Assembly: GCA_963756875.1 (NCBI GenBank)
Contig: CAVWPA010000003.1
Location: 1,088,001-1,152,000 of the forward strand
Length of the DNA stretch: 64,000 bases
DNA from: an uncultured Verrucomicrobiae bacterium
GTDB lineage: Bacteria > Verrucomicrobiota > Verrucomicrobiia > Chthoniobacterales > UBA10450
Direction of reading: 5' to 3'
Positions within the stretch are counted from its first letter, which is position 1, and every line of letters begins with the position of its first letter. The notes below the pieces were generated by a model. It was not told the origin of the DNA. It made no database searches and was given only the letters and a program-made list of their open reading frames with translations. Below are positions 19,102-29,750 of this stretch, one piece after another. The position numbers and the translations under genes are program-made.

Positions 19102-20361
19102 CTAGCCTTCGAACCGTCGGAGCACTAGCGCGACGTTGGCGCCGCCGAACGCGCTGGAATTCTTTAGTACCATTTTCGGTGCGTGGTCGATTGGATGGGT
19201 AACGATGCGCGAGTCCGCGCAGGCCGGATCGAGCTCGGTGATGTTCATTGATACCGGTGTGAATTTTTCGCGAATCGCAAGCGAACACATTCCCAGCTCG
19301 AACGCGCCGGCCATGGAAAGACCGTGCCCGGTCTGACTTTTTGTGCTGCTGATCCAGGGCGAATTTTTCGTAAACACGCTTTGGATCCCGCGAACTTCGG
19401 CCACGTCGCCGATGGGAGTAGAAGTGGCGTGCGCGTGAATGTAGTCAATGTTCTCGAGCGAGACCTGCGCGTCGTCGAGTGCCAGGCGAATAGCGCGGGC
19501 CAGACCCTGGCCGTTCGGTTCGGGCGCCATGATGTTGTAGCCGTCGGAGGTCTGGCCCCAGCCCAGCGCTTCCGCGTAAATTTGCGCATTTCGCTTTTTG
19601 GCGTGTTCCAATTCCTCCAAAACGAGAACCGCAGATCCGCCGGTGCCCGCAAAACCGTCGCGTTTCACATCAAAAGCGCAGGGACTCGTCTTCGGATCGG
19701 TGGAACGTGTCAGGGCGCGCACGCCCGCAAAGGGCAAAAGCGTGTGTGCGTCTTCTTCTTCCGCACCCACCACGAAGACTCTGTCCTGCCGGTTTTGCCG
19801 GATCAGATCGAACCCGTACCCAAAGGCATGGGCTGAGGAAGAACAAGCGCTGACAAAACCAGTAGACGCTCCGCGGATTTTAAAGACTGCCACCAGGTTG
19901 AAGCTAAGGGTGCCCGCAATGCTCGCCGGCAAAGTAAACGGATGACATTTGAGAGGGCCGACCTCGAGCATTTTTTTCATGTTATTAAACGTGAGCCGGG
20001 CCGAGCCGGCCGAGGCACAAAGTAAACCCGTGCGCGGGTCGGAAACCGCCTCGGGAGTCAGACCTGCGTCGGCAATGGCCTCTCGCATCGCGCCAAATGC
20101 AAAAACCACGTGCGGGGCCATCGAACGCAATTGTTTGCGCGGAATTTCGATTCCCTTCGGAAAAGTCCATTTATCGGAATCTTCTCCGGGAAACTTGAAG
20201 CCCTTGATTGTTCCGGCGAGGCGTACCGGAGATTTCGGCCGGTCCAGGTCGGGATCGAGCTCGATGCCCGTGCGTTGATGCAGCAGACTGTCGAGCACTT
20301 CCGCCCGACTGTTTCCGATGCTGCTGATGAAACCCAGGCCTGTAACAACAACTCGTCTCAC
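19102..20361 (-). CDS. Beta-ketoacyl-ACP synthase (FabB/FabF family)
   Basis: MRRVVVTGLG, catalytic SACSSS, HAHATST, KSQTGH, AFGGAN. Confidence 0.93.
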   Translation of the reverse strand: MRRVVVTGLGFISSIGNSRAEVLDSLLHQRTGIELDPDLDRPKSPVRLAGTIKGFKFPGEDSDKWTFPKGIEIPRKQLRSMAPHVVFAFGAMREAIADAGLTPEAVSDPRTGLLCASAGSARLTFNNMKKMLEVGPLKCHPFTLPASIAGTLSFNLVAVFKIRGASTGFVSACSSSAHAFGYGFDLIRQNRQDRVFVVGAEEEDAHTLLPFAGVRALTRSTDPKTSPCAFDVKRDGFAGTGGSAVLVLEELEHAKKRNAQIYAEALGWGQTSDGYNIMAPEPNGQGLARAIRLALDDAQVSLENIDYIHAHATSTPIGDVAEVRGIQSVFTKNSPWISSTKSQTGHGLSMAGAFELGMCSLAIREKFTPVSMNITELDPACADSRIVTHPIDHAPKMVLKNSSAFGGANVALVLRRFEG

Positions 20362-20400
20362 GATTGGCGATTGGCTGGCTTGCGAGCCATTTTACAAATG

Positions 20401-20496
20401 TTGTAGCCACGCCCCTGCCTGCCACGACGCGGCGTTGCGAAGGCCGATGGAGCGTTTTCACCACTCTCCCTGACGGCGCACAGCGCCGTAGCTGCA
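20401..20496. repeat. GTAG-type REP doublet with a nested 30-bp insert
   Basis: TGTAGCCACGCCCCTG[30 bp]TGGAGCGT...GACGGCGCACAGCGCCGTAGCTGCA. Confidence 0.7.
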
Positions 20497-20621
20497 CCCA
20501 CCTGTATATTTATGGCACGACTTGTAGACATGGGGAGCAGATTGAAGGCGCTCACCATCGCTCAAAGTCTTGGATTCGCCACTAACAATTGCTGCCGCGC
20601 GGGATACAGCGGCCGGATCGG

Positions 20622-20691
20622 TTGCAGGGCAGGCGGTCGCCGCGGCGACCTTGCCGGTCTAACAGTTGGCAACCGATGCGGTTGCCTGCAA
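20622..20691. repeat. REP doublet related to 2857/29638/34428
   Basis: TTGCAGGGCAGGCG...GGCAACCGATGCGGTTGCCTGCAA. Confidence 0.65.
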
Positions 20692-20774
20692 TTGGCCCAT
20701 CAGCTTCGCTTTCCCTTGTAAGATCATAACCTGCGCCGTTTGACCACCTTGGGTGCTGCGACTACGATCATTAG

Positions 20775-22163
20775 ATGAGTATGCCTCCCGTGCTCACCGG
20801 GGCGGCGCGCACCCCTTCGCGACGCCGCATGAGCAGCAGCGAAGATCAATCAATTGGCGCCCCCGACGTTTTAAAAACGATCGAGCAGCACATTCTGCTC
20901 GACGGTTTCAAAATCGTCATCGACCTGGAAAAGAGTCGCGGCCCTTATCTATACAACGCCATTAGCGGACGGCCCCTGATCGATCTCTACGGATTTTTCG
21001 GGTCGATGCCGGTGGGGTTCAATCATCCATATTTCGAGCAGGCCGAGGTTCAACGCGATCTTCTACGCGCGGCAAAAGTGAAAATCGCAAACTCGGACGT
21101 TTACTCAGCGGGTTATGCGGAATTTGTTGAAGCATTTTCCAGAGTAATGGGATTGCCGCCGCTGGATCGTTATTTACTGATCGAAGGCGGCGCGCTCGCG
21201 GTCGAAAATTGTTTGAAAGCGGCGATGGATTGGAAGGTGCGAAAGAACATGGCGGCTGGCCACGGCGAGCGCGGCACCGAAATCTTGCATTTCCGCCGCG
21301 CCTTTCACGGCCGCAGCGGCTACACCATGAGCCTCACCAATACCGATCCGCGCAAGACCGACCTGTTTGCAAAGTTCGATTGGCCGCGTGTTTCCTGCCC
21401 GCACATTGATTTTTCGCTGCCGGAGTCGAAGCGCGAAGCCGATGTCATCGAGCGTGAGAAGAAATCCGAAGCGGAGATCCTGGCCTGCCTCGAAACGCGC
21501 AAGATCGATATTTGCGCCATCATTATTGAGCCGATCCAGGGCGAAGGTGGCGACAATTATTTTCGCGGCGAATGGTTAAAAAAGCTGCGCGAGATCTGCG
21601 ATGGCAACGACATCCTCCTCATTTTCGACGAGGTGCAGTGCGGCATGGGCGCAACCGGACGCAATTGGTGCTGCGAGCATTTCGGTGTGTTGCCAGACCT
21701 GCTTGCGTTCGGAAAAAAAGCGCAAGTTTGCGGAGTGATGGCCGGCCCGCGTCTTGATGAAGTGAAAGACAACGCGTTCCGCTTGCCGGGCCGGCTAAAC
21801 TCGACCTGGGGCGGCAATTTTACCGACATGGTTCGCTCCACGCATTACCTGCGCATCATCGAAGAGGAGCATCTCGTTGAGAATGCGGCAAAGGTCGGCG
21901 CGTATTTCCTCGATCAACTGCGCGAAGTGCAAAACGAATTTGACGTCATCAAGGGAGCGCGCGGACGCGGAATGCTTCTGGCGTTCGATTTGCCCGATCC
22001 CAAAACGCGCGAGGAAATGTGGAAGGGGCTATTCGATCTTGGCGTCCTGACATTGCGTTCCGGCGAGCGATCAATCCGTTTCCGTCCCGCGCTCGATATG
22101 ACGGCGGGCGTCGTCGACGAGGCGATCCAGCTGATGCGCAAATACTGCCGGGAGCGAAAATGA
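20775..22163 (+). CDS. lat: L-lysine 6-aminotransferase
   Basis: Class III PLP aminotransferase: HILLDG, NSDVYS, GGALAVENCLKAAMDWK, AFHGRSGYTMSLTNT, DEVQCG, FGKKAQVCG, STWGGN. Confidence 0.92.
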   Translation: MSMPPVLTGAARTPSRRRMSSSEDQSIGAPDVLKTIEQHILLDGFKIVIDLEKSRGPYLYNAISGRPLIDLYGFFGSMPVGFNHPYFEQAEVQRDLLRAAKVKIANSDVYSAGYAEFVEAFSRVMGLPPLDRYLLIEGGALAVENCLKAAMDWKVRKNMAAGHGERGTEILHFRRAFHGRSGYTMSLTNTDPRKTDLFAKFDWPRVSCPHIDFSLPESKREADVIEREKKSEAEILACLETRKIDICAIIIEPIQGEGGDNYFRGEWLKKLREICDGNDILLIFDEVQCGMGATGRNWCCEHFGVLPDLLAFGKKAQVCGVMAGPRLDEVKDNAFRLPGRLNSTWGGNFTDMVRSTHYLRIIEEEHLVENAAKVGAYFLDQLREVQNEFDVIKGARGRGMLLAFDLPDPKTREEMWKGLFDLGVLTLRSGERSIRFRPALDMTAGVVDEAIQLMRKYCRERK

Positions 22164-22173
22164 CGATAAACCG

Positions 22174-22227
22174 CTGCAGCCGCGGTCGCTGACCGCGGAG
22201 AAGCCGCAGCCAGCGGCAGCGGCTACA
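22174..22227. repeat. GTAG-type REP doublet between lat and pcd
   Basis: CTGCAGCCGCGGTCGCTGACCGCGG...GCAGCGGCTACA. Confidence 0.6.
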
Positions 22228-22233
22228 ACAATT

Positions 22234-23781
22234 ATGAAAACCACGCTCGAAAAACTCGGCATCGCCGACGAAAATCCCGGCGTCTTTTGCGGGGAATGGC
22301 GAGGAGGCGGTGCGAAGATCGACAAAATTTCGCCCATTGACGGCCGGAAACTCGCAAGCCTACATACGGCGTCCGGAGAGGATTACGACGCGGCAATAGG
22401 CCGTGCGCATGAAGCGTTTTTGAAGTGGCGCGTGACGCCCGGTCCTGTGCGTGGCGAAACGGTGCGCCGTCTCGGCAACGCGCTTCGCGAAATGAAACAT
22501 GAGCTGGGCCAGCTCGTGACGCTCGAGACAGGGAAGATCATTGCCGAAGGCGAAGGCGAAGTGCAGGAGATGATCGATATTTGCGATCTCGCCGTCGGCC
22601 AATCGCGGATGCTTTACGGCCTGACGATCCAGTCGGAACGCCCGAACCATCGCTTAATGGAGCAATGGCATCCGCTGGGTGTCGTCGCCGTGATCAGCGC
22701 ATTCAATTTTCCGGTGGCGGTTTGGTCGTGGAACGCCGCGCTCGCGGCGGTTTGCGGCGACGCGACCGTCTGGAAGCCGTCGGACAAGACACCGCTCACT
22801 GCGATCGCGGTCACAAAAATCGCGGAGCGCGTATGCCGCGACACCGATGCCGACCCGGCCATCTTTACTCTGCTCGCGGGCGACCGCAAAACGGTTGGAC
22901 AAAAACTGGCGGACGACGCGCGGATTCCGATGGTATCGGCTACGGGCTCGGTGAACATGGGGTTGAACGTGGCGAAAGCTGTCCATGGCCGGTTAGGCAG
23001 AACGATCATGGAACTCGGCGGCAATAATGCGCTGATCGTTACGCCGACCGCCGATATCGAGATGGCGACGCAATCGATCTTCTTCGGCGCGGTCGGTACC
23101 GCCGGGCAACGTTGCACTTCGACACGGCGCGTGATCATGCACGAATCGATTGCCGACAAGATTCGCAAGAAACTGTTGGCCGCTTACAAGAGTCTGCCCA
23201 TCGGGAACCCGCTCGACAGAAAGACGCTAATGGGTCCGTTGATCGACAAGGGCGCGGTCGACATGGTGCAGCAATCCGTCCAACGATTGAAAGACGAAGG
23301 CGGTGAAGTCCTTTACGGAGGCGAACGTTTGGAAGGTCCGCAATACCCGGGCGGCGCCTACATGACGCCGTGTCTGGCGAGTGCGACGCCCGATTTTGAG
23401 ATTGTATGTCACGAAACGTTCGGCCCGCTGCTTTATTTGATGACCTATCGCGATTTCGATGAAGCGATCGCGATCCAAAACGGCGTGCCGCAGGGATTGA
23501 CGTCGTCGATCTTCACCAACGACGCGCGCGAGGCGGAGAAGTTCATGAGCGCAGCCGGGAGCGATTGTGGAATCGCGAACGTGAACACCGGCACCAGCGG
23601 CGCGGAAATCGGCGGCGCGTTTGGCGGCGAGAAGCAAACCGGCGGCGGCCGCGAAAGCGGAAGCGATTGCTGGAAGCAGTACATGCGCCGGCAGACGAAC
23701 ACGATCAATTTTTCGAGCGAGCTGCCGCTCGCACAGGGCATTCATTTCGGCGGCCCGGACGAAGGCAGCTCGACCGCGTAG
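22234..23781 (+). CDS. pcd: Piperideine-6-carboxylate/2-aminoadipate-semialdehyde dehydrogenase (ALDH7 family)
   Basis: GEVQEMIDICD, SERPNHRLMEQWHPLG, GTAGQRCTS, SGAEIGGAFGGEKQTGGGRESGSD; follows lat. Confidence 0.9.
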   Translation: MKTTLEKLGIADENPGVFCGEWRGGGAKIDKISPIDGRKLASLHTASGEDYDAAIGRAHEAFLKWRVTPGPVRGETVRRLGNALREMKHELGQLVTLETGKIIAEGEGEVQEMIDICDLAVGQSRMLYGLTIQSERPNHRLMEQWHPLGVVAVISAFNFPVAVWSWNAALAAVCGDATVWKPSDKTPLTAIAVTKIAERVCRDTDADPAIFTLLAGDRKTVGQKLADDARIPMVSATGSVNMGLNVAKAVHGRLGRTIMELGGNNALIVTPTADIEMATQSIFFGAVGTAGQRCTSTRRVIMHESIADKIRKKLLAAYKSLPIGNPLDRKTLMGPLIDKGAVDMVQQSVQRLKDEGGEVLYGGERLEGPQYPGGAYMTPCLASATPDFEIVCHETFGPLLYLMTYRDFDEAIAIQNGVPQGLTSSIFTNDAREAEKFMSAAGSDCGIANVNTGTSGAEIGGAFGGEKQTGGGRESGSDCWKQYMRRQTNTINFSSELPLAQGIHFGGPDEGSSTA

Positions 23782-23832
23782 TTACAGAGTAACAGCGCGC
23801 GGACCTGTAGCCACGGCCCTGCGGGCCGTTTC

Positions 23833-24005
23833 TCTCCGGGTAGCGCACGCGTCTCGCGTGCTGGCGATGGCGTCTCGCCATCGTGAACTTTTCTAAAGCA
23901 TCCTATCTCTTAAAACGCCTTTTAACCGAGACCGCGCGTTGGAAAGGAAGATTGTTTCGGCGAGGCGCCGAAACCAGCACGCGAGACGCGTGCGCTACCC
24001 GGAGA
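23833..24005. repeat. REPIN/MITE-like palindromic element, family A
   Basis: TCTCCGGGTAGCGCACGCGTCTCGCGTGCTGG...CCAGCACGCGAGACGCGTGCGCTACCCGGAGA between the convergent pcd and prpD-like genes. Confidence 0.85.
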
Positions 24006-24017
24006 ATCCGCCCTCCA

Positions 24018-25453
24018 TCAGCGTGCGATCGTCAGCCCGAGAAGTTCGTCGACTTTCTTCGCGGCATCGAGATTCATGATGGCCTTCTGCAACTTCTTGC
24101 ATCGGTCCTTGCCGATCACGTCGCCGCCCAGCGCGTTGAATTTCACCGCGATTTCGTCCTCGGTCATGGGATCGCGCGGATCGCCTTTTGGAACATCGAC
24201 ACGCGTGGAGTGCGATTTGCCGTCATTCGTGGTGATCGTCACACGGCTCGGCTGAAACTTCGGAAACAGCGCTTCGAATTCTTCGTTAGGCACTACCTTG
24301 ACCTTGTCCATAATCGGAATGAGCGCCTTGTCGCGCACGCGTTCCTCCTTGAACTGCAACGGCGTTACCATGCCATCGACCAAACCGGCGGCCATGCAGT
24401 AGGGGAGGGAATGATCCGCAGTTTCCTTGGAATCCGGCCGATACTTGTGCGGGTCGCCCAGAATGTCCGCGGCACGCGCGATCACTTCCACTTTGATTTC
24501 CTTCACGTCACCGGCCTTGATGTTGTGTTCTTTTACGGTCTTCATCATGGCGGTGAGCGGCGAATGACTGAGCGCTTCGATCGGGAAACTCTTCATCCCG
24601 CAATCGAGAATCCGGTAATGAGACTTCGGTCGAGTCGGGAAGGTCTGTGACCAAGCGCTTCGCCATCGAAAGTTGCGGGCTCGCCCTTGTATTGCACATG
24701 ATGGAAGACCGCGAACAAGCCTTCCTTCCCGTCAATGATGTGTTCGGGGCCCGAAAATCCATCGAGTGCCAGGAGCGCGCTCTCGACGCCCATGCGTCCG
24801 GCCCATGGATCGACTGTGTTTTTCATGTTGGTCAGTTTGCCCGCGGTTACCGCGCCCGGACAAAACGTTCGAGACGCGCTGATGCCGATCGCGGAAACCA
24901 TCTGCGCCGGCGTCAGGTTGAGCATGCGGCCGGCAGCGACCGGCGCCGCAAACGCGCTCAAGGTTGCGTGATGCCAACCGTACTCGCGCACACCCGGACG
25001 TCCGATTTCGCAAAGCCGCATCTCGATTTCGTAGGCGATGATCGTGGCGAGGATCAGATCCTTGCCGCTCAGTCCTTCACTCTCGCAAAGCGCAAGTGGC
25101 GCCGCGATGAGATCGCTCGGATGACACGGATCGGCTTTCCAATAAATGTCGTTGTAATCCATGGAACGGATCATGTGACCGTTGAGAAACGCAGCATCGA
25201 CCGGGTTGGTCTTGAATCCGGAGACGAACGCGGTGGCCTTGCCGCTGCCGCTCCCCATCGCGCGGTAATGCTTCATTAAAATTATCGCATCTTCCTGCTG
25301 ACTCCCGCCAAGCGCGCAGCCGATGGAATCGAACCAAAATAATTTCGCGGCTTGAATCGCCTCCGGCGAAAGATGCTCGTATTTTAGCGAGCAAGCCCAG
25401 TCGGCGATGGTGTAGGATAAAAGGTGCTTTGAATCAGTCGATTGCTTTGTCAT
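24018..25453 (-). CDS. MmgE/PrpD-family dehydratase (frameshifted near 24625-24655 as sequenced)
   Basis: FDSIGCALGG, MDYND, CHPSD in the 5' ORF; GMKSFP, ETADHSLPY, PKGDPRDP in the 3' ORF; span is 3n+2. Confidence 0.88.
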
Positions 25454-25496
25454 ATGATCTTCATGGTTACGATTGGGCTGGAATTGTGAGTTTCTG

Positions 25497-25590
25497 GCCC
25501 GCGAATCACACGAATCACGCTAAAATGTCGAGCCAGCAAATCGAATCTAAGAATTCCTATCAGTTCGCGTCAATTCCAGTTATTCGCGGG
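25497..25590. repeat. Inverted CACGAAT-type array pair (empty)
   Basis: GCCCGCGAATCACACGAATCACGCTAAA ... TTCGCGTCAATTCCAGTTATTCGCGGG. Confidence 0.65.
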
Positions 25591-25610
25591 TGTCTTTTCC
25601 TTGCTCCGTC

Positions 25611-27410
25611 ATGAATCTTAAGAATGTTTTTGGCGAACTAAAGCGGCGCAATGTTTACAAGGTGGCGGTCGCGTATGCCGTGGTTGGCTGGCTCTTGGTC
25701 CAAGTCGCAACCCAGGTCTTTCCGTTTTTTGAAGTTCCGAATTGGGCGGTGCGACTGGTCGTCCTTCTCATCATTGTTGGATTTCCAATTGCGCTTGTGA
25801 TTGCGTGGGCTTTCGAGCTCACGCCGGAAGGAATTAAGCGCACGGAAGATGTCGATCTTACAGCCTCGGCGCGACAACCACGAAAGCATGCCTGGATTCA
25901 TGTCGTGATCGTTGGAGCTGCGCTCTCAGTTGGTTTGTTTTTCATTGGACGCTACACGGCTCGGAACAATGACGGTTCGTCTTCCACCGAGTTGTCAGCG
26001 AAATCGATCGCGGTGCTGCCGTTCGATAATCTGAGTCGGGACCCCGACAATGCCTTTTTCGCCGAGGGCGTACAGGACGAAATCCTGACTCGCTTGGCCA
26101 AGGTCGCGGACTTGAAAGTTATTGCGCGGACATCGACACAACGATTCAAGAGCGCGCCTACCGATTTGTCCGAGATCGCAAGGCAACTCGGCGTCGCGAA
26201 TATTTTGGAAGGAAGCGTGCAGAAATCAGGCGACCAGGTGCGCGTCAACGTCCAGCTCATTAACGCGATGACCAATGCGCATCTCTGGGCAGAAATCTAC
26301 GATCGCAAGTTGAGCGATATTTTTGCGGTGCAAAGCGATATCGCCAAAACGGTGGCCGACACGTTGCAGGCGAAGCTTACCGGCTCAGAGAAGCAAATGA
26401 TGGCTACGCAAGAGACGACCGACACGACCGCGTATGAGCTTTATCACAAAGGCCGGTCGTTTTGGGACAAGCGGTCGGGCGACAACATTCCGAGAGCGAT
26501 CGCGTTCTATGAACAGGCGATCGCGCGCGATCCGAACTACGCGCTGGCTTACGCCGGTCTGGCTAGCGCCCATATTCTGTCCTCCTTTTACACGGACGCG
26601 GACCGGCGTGAGTCGAATTCGAAGGCGAAAGAGGCAGCCCTCAAAGCTCTTTCGCTCGATCCCAATCTCGCGGAGGCGCATTCTGCGCTCGGGAAAATTC
26701 TCTTCTGGGCTGAACTCGATATCGCCGGAGCGATGCGCGAATATGAACGGGCGATCGAGCTCAAGCCCAACGACGCGTTCGCGCATCATTGGTTGGGCAA
26801 CGACGCCCTGGCCAGCCTCGGACGGTTCGAGGAAGCCATTGCCGAGAGCAAGCGCGCGGTCGCGTTGGATCCGCTCTCGCCCATTATTAACACGGACTTG
26901 GGGGTGACCTTTTTATACGCCCGTCGCTACGACGAAGCCGCTGCGCATTTACGGAAGACGCTCGCGATCGACCCGACCTTTTTCTACGCGCACTTTAATC
27001 TCGGCATTGCCCTTCAAGTGAAGGGCGACCTGTCTGGCGCGATCGCGGAATACGAAAAAGCAAAGCAATTAGCCGGCGACAACTTGTTAGTTTTGGCGGC
27101 GTGCGCTGCTGCCAAAGCTCAGGCTGGTGACAAGGATGCCGCGCGGCGAATGCTCAGCGAGCTCGATGAGATAAGTAAGAACCGCGAGGTGGTTGGTTAC
27201 TTCCGCGCTTTGCTTTATCTCAGCCTGAACAATAAAGATGAAGCACTCCGCTGGCTCGAACAGGGCTACGAAGAACGCGACGGCTCCAACATTTGCTGGA
27301 TCAAGGTTGATCCCCTCCTCGATTCATTGCACGGCGATCCGCGTTTCGAGGCGCTCGCCAACAAAATTGTTCCAGCCGCGAAATTCAAATCAGCGACCAC
27401 TTCAAAATGA
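25611..27410 (+). CDS. Membrane-anchored TolB-like/TPR-repeat protein
   Basis: ELKRRNVYKVAVAY N-terminus, three TM segments, KSIAVLPFDNLS TolB-N-like domain, multiple TPRs, DPLLDSLHGDPRF end. Confidence 0.9.
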   Translation: MNLKNVFGELKRRNVYKVAVAYAVVGWLLVQVATQVFPFFEVPNWAVRLVVLLIIVGFPIALVIAWAFELTPEGIKRTEDVDLTASARQPRKHAWIHVVIVGAALSVGLFFIGRYTARNNDGSSSTELSAKSIAVLPFDNLSRDPDNAFFAEGVQDEILTRLAKVADLKVIARTSTQRFKSAPTDLSEIARQLGVANILEGSVQKSGDQVRVNVQLINAMTNAHLWAEIYDRKLSDIFAVQSDIAKTVADTLQAKLTGSEKQMMATQETTDTTAYELYHKGRSFWDKRSGDNIPRAIAFYEQAIARDPNYALAYAGLASAHILSSFYTDADRRESNSKAKEAALKALSLDPNLAEAHSALGKILFWAELDIAGAMREYERAIELKPNDAFAHHWLGNDALASLGRFEEAIAESKRAVALDPLSPIINTDLGVTFLYARRYDEAAAHLRKTLAIDPTFFYAHFNLGIALQVKGDLSGAIAEYEKAKQLAGDNLLVLAACAAAKAQAGDKDAARRMLSELDEISKNREVVGYFRALLYLSLNNKDEALRWLEQGYEERDGSNICWIKVDPLLDSLHGDPRFEALANKIVPAAKFKSATTSK

Positions 27411-27458
27411 AGATCGAAAACTTCTTCGCCGAGCTGAAACGGCGCAACGTTTATAAAG
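27407..27458 (+). pseudogene. Orphan 5' stub of a second TolB/TPR paralogue
   Basis: ATGA-coupled MKIENFFAELKRRNVYK, after which similarity stops. Confidence 0.75.
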
Positions 27459-27830
27459 GAGCACTCGCCGTGAACCTATTGAGAAACTCAAGAGGCGCGT
27501 CCCTCGCTGCTCTTTAGGTACAGCTTTCCACGGCCCAAAGGAAAAGCATTAGAATAGCGCACATCCAAAGCATGTTCATTACGCCAGAAGCGATCCCAAA
27601 ACCGAAGTGCGCAATCGATCCAGCCGACAAACAACGCTACCGCGACCAAAAGCAGGAGCCATTTCATCTCCACTGAATATCGCGCGACGATAACACTTTG
27701 GGATTTAACTCGTTTCGGCAATTCAGCATGTCCAAACTCGGAACATCCACATTCGTGCATTTTGCGTGAATTGGCGGAAGTCTGACTTTTGATCTGTGAA
27801 TCAGTGGAATATGTGGCTGACTCGCAGCAA

Positions 27831-27885
27831 AGTCGTGACGGCGAGGGCGCCGTAACCAGCACGCGAGGCGCGTGCGCTCCCCAGA
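27831..27885. repeat. Half copy of family A palindromic element
   Basis: GGCGAGGGCGCC...CCAGCACGCGAGGCGCGTGCGCTCCCCAGA. Confidence 0.7.
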
Positions 27886-28033
27886 TCAAGACTTCGCATG
27901 CGCTGCCTCCACCTGCGGATCGTGGGCAGACGCCTTCTCGTTCGGTGTAACGATCAACGAATCTAACGGAGCAACCGAGCCTTTGCTCAAGGCTACGACT
28001 TGGACAGGCGCGGCGTCGAGCGTTCAGCACATC

Positions 28034-28600
28034 CTACGCTTTGTCGTAAACGGCCTTGGATTTGAACTTCTTCCCGTTCGCATCCGTGCCATTGATCGTG
28101 ATCGTCCGCGATTTGCCGTCTTTGGCGACAGTGATCCGGCCCGACCAGACCAACTTCCTATTCTTCCAGGTCGAGATATCGTTGGTCCGATCGTTGACGA
28201 TTTTGTAAGCGGCGTGGTCCCAGCCCACATTTCCTTTCGTCGGATAGGCTTTTCCATCCCATTTGCCGACCCAGACGCTGTGCGTCGGTTTCCCATCCTT
28301 GTCGACGCCATCCACTGTTATCTTAATCTTGTCCCCCTTCTGCGCGTAAACGACGGTTGTATTCTTGCCCATCCCCGGGTTGAGCTTTGACTTTGCCTCG
28401 TTAAGTTTCCACGTGCCGATTTGAGGGCTCATCGCTGTTACCGTCTTGGCGGCGGCTTCTTTTTTCGGCGCCATTGCCTTTGCCGTTTTTGCGGGTGCTG
28501 GGCTTGCCGCCGGCTTGGTCGTTTTCGTTTGACCGAAACAAACTGCTGCAGCCATAACCGACAGAGCCACCGCCACTACTGTAATTCGAAAGTTCTTCAT
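28034..28600 (-). CDS. Secreted hypothetical protein (lipocalin-like beta fold)
   Basis: Signal peptide, Ala/Pro/Lys linker, GTWKLNEAKS, DGKAYP, DGKSRTIT. Confidence 0.8.
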   Translation of the reverse strand: MKNFRITVVAVALSVMAAAVCFGQTKTTKPAASPAPAKTAKAMAPKKEAAAKTVTAMSPQIGTWKLNEAKSKLNPGMGKNTTVVYAQKGDKIKITVDGVDKDGKPTHSVWVGKWDGKAYPTKGNVGWDHAAYKIVNDRTNDISTWKNRKLVWSGRITVAKDGKSRTITINGTDANGKKFKSKAVYDKA

Positions 28601-28746
28601 GCGACGATTGGCTCAGAACCGTCGTTAGACGTCAATAACAATCACCTAAACAGCGGATTACGCGGATTAACACGGATTGACGTTCAATCGAGCATCTGGA
28701 ATCTAGTTATCGAATCCTAAGTCCCGCGAGTGCGGTCGATGATGTC

Positions 28747-29222
28747 ATGAAAACAGAGAGCACTGGTAATCACTCTTACGCTGGGTTTTGCAACGGCAGC
28801 GGTCTGCCTGGCCGGGGACCCAAAGATCGAACAAGCTCTCCGGAAACTCGACGCCCAATGGTCGAAGGCGGCCGGCAACTAAGGATGTCGATAAAACTGT
28901 CTCCTATTATTCCGACGACGCCATCGTGTTGCCGCCAAATACAAAGGCCGCGACAACGAAAGCAGCGATCCGCGCGCAGTGGAAAGGGGACCTCGATAGC
29001 ATGATCAAAGGAAGCTGGAAATCGACCCGGGTGGAAGTGGCCAAGTCCGGCGATATGGCTTACGTGAGCGGCACTTACGACTGGACCTCCAAGGATCCGA
29101 GCGGCAAAACGGTCAAGGACCACGGCAAATATCTCGAGGTTTTCGAAAAACAGGCCGACGGCAGCTGGAAATGCGGAGCCGATTGCTGGAATTCCGATCT
29201 GCCCGCGACGCCACAGAAGTGA
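28747..29222 (+). CDS. Secreted DUF4440/SnoaL-like NTF2-fold protein (two frameshifts as sequenced)
   Basis: Reconstructed MKT/RALVITLTLGFATAAVCLAGDPKIEQALRKLDAQWSKAA/ATKDVDKTVSYYSDDA...SGDMAY...GKYLEVFEKQADGSWKC. Confidence 0.8.
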
Positions 29223-29232
29223 TATGTGATCA

Positions 29233-29643
29233 GTGACGAGTGACAAGCAGCTAATCGATTTCGCAACACGCTACGCCACGGCGTGGTGCAGTCAGAATCC
29301 TGAAAGCGTCGCAGCGTTCTTTGCCGAGAACGGTTCGCTGGGCGTGAACGAGAGCCCGCCCGCTGTGGGGCGCGCGGCAATTGCTGATGCGGCACGCAGC
29401 TTCATGACAACATTTCCGGACATGATCGTGACCATGGACGAGGTCGCGCACGACGATGAGGGCACAAAGTTCCATTGGACGTTAACGGGAACCAACACCG
29501 GCCCGGGTGGTACGGACAAACGCGTTCGAATCAGCGGTTGCGAACTCTGGCAATTTAATGACGACGGACTCATCGAGAACTCAAAAGGCCGTTTCGACAC
29601 TGCGGAGTACGAACGCCAGCTAAAAGGAACAGGCGAATTGTAG
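29233..29643 (+). CDS. SnoaL-like/ester cyclase NTF2-family protein
   Basis: YATAWCSQNPESVAAFF, FMTTFPD, HWTLTGTNTGPGG, RISGCELW. Confidence 0.85.
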   Translation: MTSDKQLIDFATRYATAWCSQNPESVAAFFAENGSLGVNESPPAVGRAAIADAARSFMTTFPDMIVTMDEVAHDDEGTKFHWTLTGTNTGPGGTDKRVRISGCELWQFNDDGLIENSKGRFDTAEYERQLKGTGEL

Positions 29644-29737
29644 GGCAACCGCATCGGTTGCCGTTTTTTGGCTGTAGGCGCAGGCGCATCGCCTGCCATT
29701 TGTTTTCAATTCAGCAAGCGGTGCGCTTGCCCTACAA
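29638..29737. repeat. GTAG-type REP cluster
   Basis: TTGTAGGGCAACCGCATCGGTTGCC...GCAAGCGGTGCGCTTGCCCTACAA. Confidence 0.8.
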
Positions 29738-29750
29738 CGGGGAATCATGC

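Noticed and set aside
20362..20774. Possible lysine riboswitch in the long leader of lat
   Set aside because: Most structure is explained by two REP doublets and the 30-bp insert; no L-box consensus recognised
27488..27667. Small minus-strand ORF MKWLLLLVAVALFVGW...
   Set aside because: Hydrophobic start but no family evidence, in a region of gene debris
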